Origin: Dehalococcoidia bacterium
GTDB lineage: Bacteria; Chloroflexota; Dehalococcoidia; Bin125
DNA length: 64,000 bases
Reading direction: 5' to 3'
Assembly (NCBI GenBank): GCA_965247775.1
Contig: OZ252031.1
Span: 1,692,855 to 1,756,854 of the forward strand
The position numbers were made by a program, and so were the translations under genes. Each line of letters begins with the position of its first letter. Positions within the stretch are counted from its first letter, which is position 1. Below the pieces are notes generated by a model. That model worked only from the letters and a program-made list of their open reading frames with translations. It was not told the DNA's origin and searched no databases. Below, piece after piece: positions 49,855 to 59,581 of the stretch.

Positions 49855-50725
49855 CGAGCTGGGCTGTGTGAACCTGCTGAGCGCCGAGGGGATCGCGGCG
49901 GCGGCGAAGCTGGTGAAGAAAGGGGCGATGTTCCGGCTGGACACGCCGATCAACTACGCGGACCCGCCGCTGTTCGAGCGCACGCCGGCGGTGCACACGG
50001 TCGTGCGCTTCGAGCAGTTTTTCGCCCAGGACGACACCCTGGACAACTACAACACGCAGGAGGGGGCGCAGTGGGACGGCCTGGGGCACGTGGGCTTCCC
50101 GCCGGTGGAGGCGTTCTACAACGGGGTCAAGCGGGATGAGATCCGGTCGGGGCCGGAGGGCAAGCTGGGGATCCATCAGTGGAAGGACCGCATTGCCGGG
50201 CGGGGGGTGCTGCTGGACGTGTTCAAGTATCGGCAGGATCAGGGCAACCCCGTGAACCCGGGCAGCACGGACCAGTACTCGGCGGACGACCTGGAGGGCG
50301 CGCGCGCGGCGCAAGGGGTGGCGTTGCGGGGCGGCGACATCCTGCTGGTGCGCACCGGCTGGGTGGGCTACTACATGGCGCTGCCACAGGAGCAGAAGGA
50401 TACGATGGGGACCATGGAAGGTCTGACGTCGTGCGGGATCAGCAACGAGCGCGCCGTCGCCGAGTGGTTGTGGGACAACCACGTGGCGATGGTGGGCACG
50501 GACTGCCCCGCGGTGGAGACGTGGCCCTGGCAGGACTTCGAGACCGAGGCGCTGCACTTCCGCACGCTGGCGCTGCTGGGGATGCCGATCGGGGAGCAGT
50601 TCGTGCTCGACGACCTAGCGGCGGACTGTCAGGCGGACGGGGTCTACGAGTGCATGGTGACGTCGGCGCCGCTACACGTGATCGGCGGGGTGGCGTCGCC
50701 GCCGAACGCGCTGGCGATCAAGTAG
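49757..50725 (+). CDS. cyclase-family protein (kynurenine formamidase-like)
   Basis: ATG follows gggagga. Cyclase-family conserved His/Asp blocks. Confidence 0.75.
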   Translation: MAVDFDTLPKFADLPVKAGAPADSTWGLWGDDDELGCVNLLSAEGIAAAAKLVKKGAMFRLDTPINYADPPLFERTPAVHTVVRFEQFFAQDDTLDNYNTQEGAQWDGLGHVGFPPVEAFYNGVKRDEIRSGPEGKLGIHQWKDRIAGRGVLLDVFKYRQDQGNPVNPGSTDQYSADDLEGARAAQGVALRGGDILLVRTGWVGYYMALPQEQKDTMGTMEGLTSCGISNERAVAEWLWDNHVAMVGTDCPAVETWPWQDFETEALHFRTLALLGMPIGEQFVLDDLAADCQADGVYECMVTSAPLHVIGGVASPPNALAIK

Positions 50726-50795
50726 CGGGGTCGCAGCGAGACGCCCGCAGCGAGCGGGCCGGCAGCGACGCTCAGCAGCAGGAGAGGACGAGCAC

Positions 50796-51281
50796 ATGCC
50801 CATCGCCGAGGGCGCACAGATTCCGGCCGAAGCCAGCGGCATCACCTGGCAGGACGGCACACCCAGTCCGAAGAAGCTGGCCGACCTGGTGGCGGGCAAG
50901 AAGGCCATCGTCTTCGGCATCCCGGGGGCGTTCACGCCGACCTGCTCGAACGATCACCTGCCCAGCTTCGCGCAGAGCGAGGCGGCGCTGCGCGAGAAGG
51001 GCGTTGAGGAGGTGATCTGCCTGGCGATGAACGACATCTTCGTGCTGAGCGCTTGGAACGCGGCGAATGGCGCGCCCCACATCACGATGCTCGCGGACGG
51101 CAACGGCGAGGTGACGCAAGCGCTGGACCTGGCGCTGGACCTGCACGCGGTGGGGCTGGGGACGCGCACGGCGCGATTCGCGATGGTCGTGGAGGATGGC
51201 GTGGTGCGGGCGCTGAACGTGGAGGAGAAGGCGGGCACCTGCGACGTGTCGTCGGCGGGGAGCATCCTGGCGCGCGCCTGA
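50796..51281 (+). CDS. Prx5-type peroxiredoxin
   Basis: FGIPGAFTPTCS peroxidatic-Cys motif. ATG follows ggagagga. Confidence 0.85.
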   Translation: MPIAEGAQIPAEASGITWQDGTPSPKKLADLVAGKKAIVFGIPGAFTPTCSNDHLPSFAQSEAALREKGVEEVICLAMNDIFVLSAWNAANGAPHITMLADGNGEVTQALDLALDLHAVGLGTRTARFAMVVEDGVVRALNVEEKAGTCDVSSAGSILARA

Positions 51282-51300
51282 GCCTGGTCGCGGCCGGGCC

Positions 51301-51852
51301 GTGGCGGGGGCGGGCGGCGCGGAGGCAGGGGGCCCCGAGGGGGGTGGGGCGGACGTGTCCGGTGGGCTGCGGCATCGCGATCGGGTGGCGCTGGCGTCCC
51401 GGCACGACGCGCTGCGGGCGCACGGGTACGAGGGAGGCTGGTTCAACAACGCGACGTTCGTGTTCCCCGTCCTGGGCGCGATCGGGACGTTGATCGCGTG
51501 GGCGGTGGCGGGGAGCACCGAGCTGCTGGGGATCAGCCTCTTCTTCTTCGTGGTGACGGGGCTGACGCTGCCGCTGGTCTGGCTGACGTGGCAGCGGACG
51601 CCGACCGTCGTGGTGCTGCGGGCGTCGGGGATTGAGGCGCTGCACCAAGGGCGCAGGTTGCAGTTCCTGGGCTGGGAGACGGTGCAGGCGGTGCGACGGG
51701 TGGAGACGATGGGCAACGTCCGCTGGTATGTGGTGGGGGCGGAAGAGGAGCATCTGACGCTGGAGGGGGAGATCGCGGACCTGGAGACGCTGCTGGCAGG
51801 GGCGCGGGAGCTGTCGGGGCTCGCGGGGGCAGGAGAGGGCGGCGCGGAGTAG
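51301..51852 (+). CDS. hypothetical membrane protein
   Basis: Two TM helices; start uncertain. Confidence 0.45.
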   Translation: MAGAGGAEAGGPEGGGADVSGGLRHRDRVALASRHDALRAHGYEGGWFNNATFVFPVLGAIGTLIAWAVAGSTELLGISLFFFVVTGLTLPLVWLTWQRTPTVVVLRASGIEALHQGRRLQFLGWETVQAVRRVETMGNVRWYVVGAEEEHLTLEGEIADLETLLAGARELSGLAGAGEGGAE

Positions 51853-51944
51853 TCGCCGGGCGGGACTGGCGACGGCGGTCCCGGACGTGTCGATATGCTG
51901 CCGGGAAGCCCGACACCCCGGGCGAGAGTGAAGGGGAGCGACGC

Positions 51945-52145
51945 ATGGCCGAGATCACGGTGAGGACGAACGGCCCCTACTTGCTGGAGGCGAGCGGGCT
52001 GGAGTTGCGGAACGCGGCGGGGAACGCGATCGCGCTGCCGGAAGGGACGAAGGTGGCGCTGTGCCGCTGCGGGGCGTCGGAGACGAAGCCGTTCTGCGAC
52101 GGGACGCACAAGCGGGTGGGCTTCGAGCACGATCCGAGCAAGTAA
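51945..52145 (+). CDS. CDGSH-type iron-sulfur domain protein
   Basis: CRCGASETKPFCDGTHK. ATG follows gaaggggag. Confidence 0.8.
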   Translation: MAEITVRTNGPYLLEASGLELRNAAGNAIALPEGTKVALCRCGASETKPFCDGTHKRVGFEHDPSK

Positions 52146-52277
52146 CCGCGGGTGTGGTCCCGTACGACGGCCGCCCCGCGGGGCGGCCGTCGTACGTTTC
52201 GGCGGGGGGCTGGCTGATCTAGCATCGCGGCGGCAAGCCCCGCGGCGGCCGTTGGGGCGCGGGAGGAAGGGGACGCC

Positions 52278-53849
52278 ATGAGTTCGATTCTCGTGGGGGA
52301 CGTGCTGGAGCACGCCGAGGCGCTCTACGGCGATCGGCCGGCGGTCGTGGATGGGGCGACGCAGCTGACGTACCGGCAGGTGGGGGAGCGGGTGCGGCGG
52401 CTGGCGGGGGGCCTGCTGGGGCTGGGGCTGCAGCCGGGGGCGCACATCGCGATCTTGGCGAACAACTCCCATCGCTACTACGAGACGTACTTCGCCGCGC
52501 ACTACGCGGGGATGCCCCTGGCGCCGCTGAACATCCGCCTGGCCGCGGAGGAGCTGCAGTTCATTCTGCGGGATGGTGAGATCCGGGCGCTGCTCGTGGG
52601 GCCGGAATACCTGGAGCTGCTCGCGGCATTCCGCGAGAACCTGCCCGATCTGCAGCACGTCATCGTGCTGGGGGCGGAAGCGCCGGCGGGGATGGTGGCG
52701 TACGAGTCGGCGCTGGAGGAGGCGGCGCCGCTACCGGAGGCGGCGCGGGCCTGGCACGAGGACGACATGGTCACCCTCTGCTACACGGGCGGAACGACGG
52801 GGCTGCCGAAGGGAGTGATGCTGACGCAGCGCAACGTGATCGCGAACGCGCAGCACATCCAGATGCAGCTCCCCTTCGGGGAAGAGGATGTCTGGCTGCA
52901 CGTTGCGCCGATGTTCCACCTGGCCGACGCCTGGGCCTGCTATCTGATGACGATGGTGGGCGCGAAGCAGGTCTTCATTCCCGGCTTCAGTCCGGACGGC
53001 TTCCTGGGGGCGGTGCAGGCGGAGGGGGTCACGGCCTCGATCCTGGTGCCGACGATGATCAACTTCGTCGTGAACCATCCGCAGGCGCGCGACTACGATG
53101 TCTCGTCGCTGCGGCTGATCCTGTTCGGGGCGTCGCCGATGGCGGTGGACCGGATCCAGGCGGCGCGGCGGCTGTTCGGCCCGATCCTCTGCCAGGCCTA
53201 CGGGCTGACGGAGACGGCGCCGGTCCTGACGGCACAGAAGCTGGAGTGGCTGGACTTCGACACAGCGGCGGGGGTGGAGCGCCTGGCGTCGTGCGGGCGC
53301 GAAGTGGTGGGGGTGCGGCTGCGGCTGGTGGACGCAGAGGGCGCGGACGTGGAAGCGGGGGGGGTGGGGGAGATCATCGCGCGGGGACCGAACGTGATGC
53401 AGGGCTACTGGAAGCGCCCGGCGGAGACGGAGGAGGCGCTGCGCGGCGGCTGGATGCACACGCGCGATGTGGCGCGGGTGGATGGGGACGGGTTTTACTA
53501 CATCGTGGACCGGGCCAAGGACATGATCATCAGCGGGGGGGAGAACATCTACAGCACGGAGGTGGAGAGCGCGCTGTACGAGCACCCGGCGGTGCTGGAG
53601 ACGGCGGTGATCGGCGTGCCGAGCGAGGAGTGGGGCGAGGCGGTGCACGCGGTGGTGGTGCTGCGGCCGGAAACGCGGGCGACGGAGGGGGAATTGATCA
53701 CGCACTGCCACGAGAAGATCGCGGGCTATAAGTGCCCGAAGTCGGTGACGATTTCGGCGGAGGCGCTGCCCAAGTCGGGGCCGGGCAAGATCCTGAAGAC
53801 GGAGCTGCGCAAGCCCTTCTGGGAGGGGCAGGAAGCGGGCGTCCACTAG
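52278..53849 (+). CDS. AMP-dependent acyl-CoA synthetase/ligase (FadD-like)
   Basis: AMP-binding motif YTGGTTGLPKGV and the conserved C-terminal Lys. ATG follows gggaggaagggg. Confidence 0.85.
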   Translation: MSSILVGDVLEHAEALYGDRPAVVDGATQLTYRQVGERVRRLAGGLLGLGLQPGAHIAILANNSHRYYETYFAAHYAGMPLAPLNIRLAAEELQFILRDGEIRALLVGPEYLELLAAFRENLPDLQHVIVLGAEAPAGMVAYESALEEAAPLPEAARAWHEDDMVTLCYTGGTTGLPKGVMLTQRNVIANAQHIQMQLPFGEEDVWLHVAPMFHLADAWACYLMTMVGAKQVFIPGFSPDGFLGAVQAEGVTASILVPTMINFVVNHPQARDYDVSSLRLILFGASPMAVDRIQAARRLFGPILCQAYGLTETAPVLTAQKLEWLDFDTAAGVERLASCGREVVGVRLRLVDAEGADVEAGGVGEIIARGPNVMQGYWKRPAETEEALRGGWMHTRDVARVDGDGFYYIVDRAKDMIISGGENIYSTEVESALYEHPAVLETAVIGVPSEEWGEAVHAVVVLRPETRATEGELITHCHEKIAGYKCPKSVTISAEALPKSGPGKILKTELRKPFWEGQEAGVH

Positions 53850-54249
53850 GGGCAGGGGTCGGTCAGCGAGGGAGCGATGCGCTGGCCAAGATCATCAAGG
53901 AGCCAATAACGGTGGAGGCGCCCGGGCGGCCGGAGCTGGGGCTGCTGCACCATCGGTTGCCCTTCAGCCTGCGCTCGTTGTGGGTCGTGCAGTACTGGGA
54001 GTCGTTCGAGAAGCTGGAGGCCTACGCCCGCGCGAACGATTCCGCCCACCTGCCCGCCTGACGGGACTCCAACCAGCGGGTGGGCAGCAGCGGCGACGTG
54101 GGCCTCTGGCACGAGACGTACCGGACCATGCCGGCGTACGGGTTGGGCAAGGCGCTGGGCCTGGTCCCCGCGACCGGGCCACGGCAGACAGCGCCCGGCC
54201 GGATGGGGGTGCCGGAGCCGGAGCAGGCAGCCCCGCCGTCGTGAGCGGA

Positions 54250-54655
54250 TAGGCCTGGGGCTGGGCTTGGTAGACGGTCGCTTCGCCGGTGAGGACCGGC
54301 TCACCGTCCTGGTTGACGACGCGGAAGTCCATCTTGGCGATGGGCTTTTTCTCGTGGACCCAGTGATCTCGCCGTGGGCAGTGATGGTGTCGCCGATGTG
54401 GACGGGGGCGGGGAACTGCCAGCGCTGCTCCATGAAGGCCGTGCCCGGTCCGGGCAGGTCCATGGCGACCAGGGCGTGCAGCAGCCCCGTGGCGATGCCG
54501 CCTTGCGCCATGAGCCGGGCGAAGCGGGTGCGCCCGCTCCACTCCGCGTCGAAGTGGAGCGGGTTGCGGTCGCCGGAGAACTGGGCGAAGAGTTCGGCGG
54601 ACTCCGCCGTGACGGCGAGCGAGCGCTGTGCGAATTGTCCGACGCTGGTGATCAC
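54250..54655 (-). pseudogene. MaoC-like (R)-specific enoyl-CoA hydratase, frameshifted
   Basis: The N-terminal hot-dog domain (MITSVGQ ... GDTITAHGEITG) is in one frame, and the C-terminal VHEKKPIAKMDFRVVNQDGEPVLTGEATVY is in another. The shift is at a G-run near 54345-54352, and no proper stop follows. Confidence 0.6.
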
Positions 54656-54814
54656 CGCAGGGCTCCCTCCGCAGGGGACGGGCGGAACCGCACGGGCGGA
54701 CTCTCGCGCGCGGGCCGGGGAGGAGCGGGGGGCCGAATTGCATACCTGCCTTGGCGCGTTCGCGGTTTCGCATTAAGGTAGGGCTGGGTCCACGGTCGGC
54801 GAGGGAGACGGGTT

Positions 54815-56044
54815 GTGGTGACGCTGAGCGGCGGCTGGCCGGCGCTGACGCCGGATTGGTTCCAGGACACGGTGCTGGGCATCGAGGTGGAGCAGTTCAT
54901 CGGCATCGCGGTGCTGATCGCGATCGTTCTGGGGGTGCAGCTTGCCTTGACGCAGGCCGTGCGGCTGTTTGTGCGGCACCGGGCGAAGACGGAGGCGCAG
55001 CGGGAGTTTTGGCAGCGCGAGCGACGGCGGCTGAACCTGCCGATCCTGCTGCTGATCATCGCGGCGACGATCCTGGTGGGCTTCCCGGTGCTGGACTTCG
55101 ACCCGGACGTGGAGGACGTGCTGGACCGGATCGGGGCGCTGCTGGGGGCGGCGGCGGTGGTGCTGCTGGCGTTCCGCGCGATCGACATCCTGAGCGAGCT
55201 GCTGGCGGATCGGGCGGCGAAGACCAAGACGAAGATGGACGATCAGCTGGTGCCGATCATTCGCGCCAGCCTGCGGATGGCGACGGCGGCGGTGGGCGTG
55301 CTGTTCGTGCTGTCGAATCTGGACGTGAATATCGCCTCGCTGATTGCGGGCGTGGGGCTGATCGGGCTGGCGGTGGCGCTGGCGGCGCAAGACACGGTGA
55401 AGAACTTCCTGGGCGGGCTGACGATCTTCGCGGACAAGCCGTTCCAGGTGGGCGACTGGATCGTGATCGAGGGTGTGGAGGGGACGGTGGAAGAGGTGGG
55501 GCTGCGGTCGACGCGGGTGCGGACGTTCGCCAACTCGCTGGTGACGGTGCCCAACTACACGTTTACGGACAACACCGTGGACAACATGGGGGCGCGGCGC
55601 TGGCGGCGCTACTCAACGACGCTGGGGCTGGGGTACAGGACGACGCCGGAGCAGATGCAGGCGTTCGTAGAGGGGGCGCGCGCGATCATTCGGGCGAACC
55701 CGGGCATGCGGCGGGACTACTACATCGTGGAGTTCCGGGACTTCGGACCTTCCAGCCTGAACGTGATGCTGTATTGCTTCATCAACGCGCGCGACTGGAA
55801 CGCGGAGATGCGGGTGCGGCACGTGCTGAACCTGGACATCATGCGGCTGGCGCAGCGGCTGCGGGTGGAGTTCGCGTACCCCACGCAGACGCTGCACGTG
55901 GCGGAGCTGCCGGGGCAGCCGCCGCCGCCGCCGGCGGCGTTCGCGCGGGAGGAGCTGGCGACCGTGATCGAGGATTTCGGACCACAGGGCGAGGCGGGGC
56001 AGCGGCAGGACCAGCCGATCACGCAGGGTTACGACGCCGGGTAA
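54815..56044 (+). CDS. mechanosensitive ion channel (MscS family)
   Basis: MscS core (QVGDWIVIEGVEGTVEEVGLRSTRVRTF) plus N-terminal TM helices. GTG start. Confidence 0.8.
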   Translation: MVTLSGGWPALTPDWFQDTVLGIEVEQFIGIAVLIAIVLGVQLALTQAVRLFVRHRAKTEAQREFWQRERRRLNLPILLLIIAATILVGFPVLDFDPDVEDVLDRIGALLGAAAVVLLAFRAIDILSELLADRAAKTKTKMDDQLVPIIRASLRMATAAVGVLFVLSNLDVNIASLIAGVGLIGLAVALAAQDTVKNFLGGLTIFADKPFQVGDWIVIEGVEGTVEEVGLRSTRVRTFANSLVTVPNYTFTDNTVDNMGARRWRRYSTTLGLGYRTTPEQMQAFVEGARAIIRANPGMRRDYYIVEFRDFGPSSLNVMLYCFINARDWNAEMRVRHVLNLDIMRLAQRLRVEFAYPTQTLHVAELPGQPPPPPAAFAREELATVIEDFGPQGEAGQRQDQPITQGYDAG

Positions 56045-56107
56045 GGTAGGGCGGGACCGGGCGCTCGTCTCCGTGGGGCGGGCGCGACGCCGGGGCGGGA
56101 GGCGACC

Positions 56108-57067
56108 ATGCGGAACTTGACGATCGGCGTGCACGTCGCGCCACCGAACGCGGCGGCGCGGGTGGAGGGAATCGTGGCGGCGGAGGCGGCGGGGCTGGAG
56201 GTGGCCTGGCTGACCGTGTCGCCGGTGGCGCCGGACCCGTTCGCCGTGCTGGGAGCGGCGGCGGGGCGGACGGAGCGGATCGCGCTGGGGACGAGCATCG
56301 TGCCGACGTTTCCGCGACACCCTTTGGTGATGGCGCAGGGGGCGATAGCGGTGGACCAGCTGGCGCCGGGCCGGCTGCGGCTGGGGGTGGGGCCGAGTCA
56401 CGGGCCGATGGTGGAGGGGCTCTACGGGATCCCCTTCGAGCGGCCGCTGGCACAGCTGCGGGAGTACCTGACGATCCTGCGCGGGTTCTTGTCGGAGGGG
56501 CAGGTGGATTTCGAGGGGGAGGTGTTGCAGGCGCACGTCCCGGCCGCCTTCGCGGTGCGGCCGGCGGCGGTGGAGATCCTGGCTGCAGCGCTGCGCCCGC
56601 GGGCGTTCAGGCTCTGCGGGGAACTGACGGACGGGGCGATCTCCTGGATGTGCCCGCCGCCGTACATCCGCGACACGGCGGCGCCCGCGCTGGCGGCCGG
56701 GGCGCAGGCGGCGGGGCGGGAGCGGCCGCCGCTGATCGTGCATGTGCCGGTGGTGGTGTCGGAGGATCGGACGACGGTGGCGGCGGCGGCGCAGAAGCGC
56801 TACGGGGCGTACCAGACGATGCCGTTCTATCGCCACATGATGCTGGAGGCGGGGATGGCGGACGCGGCGGGGGAGACGTTCACGGAGGCGATGGCGGACG
56901 CGCTGATCGTGTCTGGGGACGAGGACGCGGTGGCGGCGCGGCTGCGAGCGCTGCCGGAGTCCGGTGCGGACGAGCTGCTGGCGGACATCGCGCCGGCCGG
57001 GGACGATGGGGGGCGATCGCGGCAGCGGACGCTGGAACTGCTGGGGGCGCTGGCGCGGGCGGACTGA
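56108..57067 (+). CDS. LLM-class F420-dependent oxidoreductase
   Basis: LLM family. ATG follows gggagg. Confidence 0.8.
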   Translation: MRNLTIGVHVAPPNAAARVEGIVAAEAAGLEVAWLTVSPVAPDPFAVLGAAAGRTERIALGTSIVPTFPRHPLVMAQGAIAVDQLAPGRLRLGVGPSHGPMVEGLYGIPFERPLAQLREYLTILRGFLSEGQVDFEGEVLQAHVPAAFAVRPAAVEILAAALRPRAFRLCGELTDGAISWMCPPPYIRDTAAPALAAGAQAAGRERPPLIVHVPVVVSEDRTTVAAAAQKRYGAYQTMPFYRHMMLEAGMADAAGETFTEAMADALIVSGDEDAVAARLRALPESGADELLADIAPAGDDGGRSRQRTLELLGALARAD

Positions 57068-57141
57068 GCGGGAAGGGCCGAGGCCGCGACATACCTGCAT
57101 GCCGCGCTTGACCTCGTCCCCTGCGACGAGGGGCGGCGCTC

Positions 57142-57300
57142 ATGCGCGACTTGAAGATCGGCGTGCACCTGGGGATCACCGACGCCCCCACGATGCTGAG
57201 CCGGATCCGGCAAGCGGATGCCGCGGGCCGGGACATGGCCTGGGACAGGGTGGGCGGGATCGCACCGGACCCGATCGTGGTTTTCAGCCAGGCCGGCTAG
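57142..57300 (+). pseudogene. 52-aa N-terminal remnant of an LLM-class oxidoreductase (paralogous to the preceding gene)
   Basis: MRDLKIGVHLGITDAPTMLSRIRQADAAGRDMAWDRV parallels MRNLTIGVHVAPPNAAARVEGIVAAEAAGLEVAWLTV of the upstream gene, then stops. Confidence 0.5.
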
Positions 57301-57564
57301 GAGCAAGACGTACTTCATGAGGTTCCCCGGCTGACTCGGGTCGGGGGCGTTTGCCCGACGACGGGCGGGCGAGGGCGAGATCGACAGGGCGGCTGGGCTC
57401 CTTGCGCGGGGAGCGTTATGCCCGGGCCGGCATATTGGCGGGGCGGGCGGAGACGGGGATACTCTGGGCGCTGGGGCGCCTGAGGCGGGGTGCACCCGCC
57501 CGGGTACGCCGCCGCGAACGCACGCCAGTCGCCGGCGCAGGGCCGGCGGGAAGGACAACCGCCC

Positions 57565-59433
57565 ATGCCGGAGGAACTCGCGTACAACGGCAAGATCCTG
57601 AACGTGCATCTCAGTAGCGGCGAGATCACGCCGGAGGACGTGCCGGAGCAGATGTACAAGGACTACCTGGGCGGCTACGGACTGGGCGCCCGCTGGCTGT
57701 TCGATCGGATTCCACAGGGGGCGGACCCAATGGGCCCGGACAATGTCCTGGGGCTGATCCCGGGGGTGATGACGGGGACGCCGATCTTCGGCAACCGCTT
57801 CCAGGCGGTGTGCAAAAGCCCGACGACGGGGGGCTGGGGGGACGCGAACTGCGGCGGGGACTTTGGGCCCTACCTGAAGTTCGCCGGCTGGGACGGGATC
57901 CTGCTGTACGGCGAGGCGGCGAAGCCGGTCTACATCTTGATCGACGACGACAAGGTGAGCATTGAGGACGCGTCGGCGTATTGGGGGATGGACGCGATCG
58001 GGGCGGAGAAGACGTTCAAGGAGGAGTACGGCAAGAAGACGTCGGTGGCGGTGATCGGGCAGTCGGGGGAGAAGCTGTCGTACCTGGCGGGGATCTGCAA
58101 CGAGCACGGGCGGCTAGCGGCGCGGTCGGGCGTGGGGGCGGTGATGGGGTCGAAGCAGGTGAAAGCGGTGGTGGTGAAGTCGACGCGGCGGATGATCCAG
58201 CAGCACGACAAAGAGGCGCGGGCGCTGATGAAGGAGTCGCTGGACGACTTCGGGGTGCCGTTGCGGGACTTCTTCCGCACCTTCGGGACGACGGGGATCA
58301 CGGCGGGGTCAGCGCTGAGCGGGGACTCGCCGGTGCGCAACTGGGGCGGCGTGGGGGTAGAGGTGTTCTCGGACGTGGACGGGCTCAAAGGCCCGGTGGT
58401 GAATGAGAAGATGGAGAAGCACTACGCCTGCTGGCACTGCCCGCTGGCGTGCGGAGCGGAGAGCGTGGAGTCGACGAACCCGAAGTACCCGTACCCGCGG
58501 CACACGCACCGGCCGGAATACGAGACGATGGCGTCGTTCGGGACGATGAACCTGATCAATGACCTGGACTTCCTCACCCACGCCAACCACGTCTGCAACG
58601 AGTACGGGCTGGACACCATCGGGGCGGGGGCGACGATCTCGTTCGCGATCGAATGTTTCGAGAACGGGATCATCACAAAGGAGGACACAGACGGGCTGGA
58701 ACTCCGCTGGGGCGGAGCGGACGCGGCGATGGATCTGCTGCACAAGATCGGCAGGCGGGAGGGCTTCGGGGACGTTCTGGCGGACGGGGTGAAGGTGGCG
58801 GCGGAGAAGATCGGCAATGGGTCGGAGGCGTACGCGATCCACATCGGCGGGCAGGAGCTGCCGATGCACGACCCCAAGCTGCAGCCGGAATACCACACGA
58901 CGTACAAGCTGGACCCGACGCCGGCGCGGCACACGCAGTACGAGGGCAACAGCCGCTTCGGCGGGCCCACGTACCCGCGGGCGCCGAAGGACTTCAAGGA
59001 CTACGCAAGCCGCGGCGAGCACCACAAGGGTGCGAGCGAGTACATGCACGTGGTGAACGCGACGGGGATGTGCCAGTTCATCATGATGGCGGCGCCAACG
59101 GACCGGTTCCCCCAGTGGATCAACCAGGTGACAGGCTGGGGGATGACGGGGGAGGAGTTGCAGCAGGCGGGGGAGCGGATCGCCAACCTGCGCATGGCTT
59201 TCGAGGTGCGGGAGGGCAACAACCCGCGCGCCCGCTACGTCCCGGGGCGGATCTGGGGCGGGGAGAGCACGGCGCAGGAGGTGGGCCCGCTGGAGGGCGT
59301 GACGCTGGACGTGGAGAAGCTGGAGACGGACTTCCTCACGGCCTGCGGCTGGGACACGGAAACGTGCACGCCGAGCCGGGGGAAGCTGGAGTCGCTGGGG
59401 CTGGCGGACGTGGCGGAAGCGATCGGTGTCTAA
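57565..59433 (+). CDS. aldehyde:ferredoxin oxidoreductase (tungstopterin AOR family)
   Basis: AOR N-terminal and catalytic domains with the 4Fe-4S Cys ligands. ATG follows gggaagga. Locally lower GC. Confidence 0.8.
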   Translation: MPEELAYNGKILNVHLSSGEITPEDVPEQMYKDYLGGYGLGARWLFDRIPQGADPMGPDNVLGLIPGVMTGTPIFGNRFQAVCKSPTTGGWGDANCGGDFGPYLKFAGWDGILLYGEAAKPVYILIDDDKVSIEDASAYWGMDAIGAEKTFKEEYGKKTSVAVIGQSGEKLSYLAGICNEHGRLAARSGVGAVMGSKQVKAVVVKSTRRMIQQHDKEARALMKESLDDFGVPLRDFFRTFGTTGITAGSALSGDSPVRNWGGVGVEVFSDVDGLKGPVVNEKMEKHYACWHCPLACGAESVESTNPKYPYPRHTHRPEYETMASFGTMNLINDLDFLTHANHVCNEYGLDTIGAGATISFAIECFENGIITKEDTDGLELRWGGADAAMDLLHKIGRREGFGDVLADGVKVAAEKIGNGSEAYAIHIGGQELPMHDPKLQPEYHTTYKLDPTPARHTQYEGNSRFGGPTYPRAPKDFKDYASRGEHHKGASEYMHVVNATGMCQFIMMAAPTDRFPQWINQVTGWGMTGEELQQAGERIANLRMAFEVREGNNPRARYVPGRIWGGESTAQEVGPLEGVTLDVEKLETDFLTACGWDTETCTPSRGKLESLGLADVAEAIGV

Positions 59434-59581
59434 CGGCGGTGTCTAACGGCGGCGTCTGACGCCCGAGCGCAGGCGGCGGCGCGCCGCGGTGTGTCGCGGA
59501 TGAGAGCGGGGTGGGCCGGAAGGCCCGCCCCGCTTTTCTGGGTGTCGTCGCGTGGGCGGGTCGCGCCGGGGATGCACAGGG

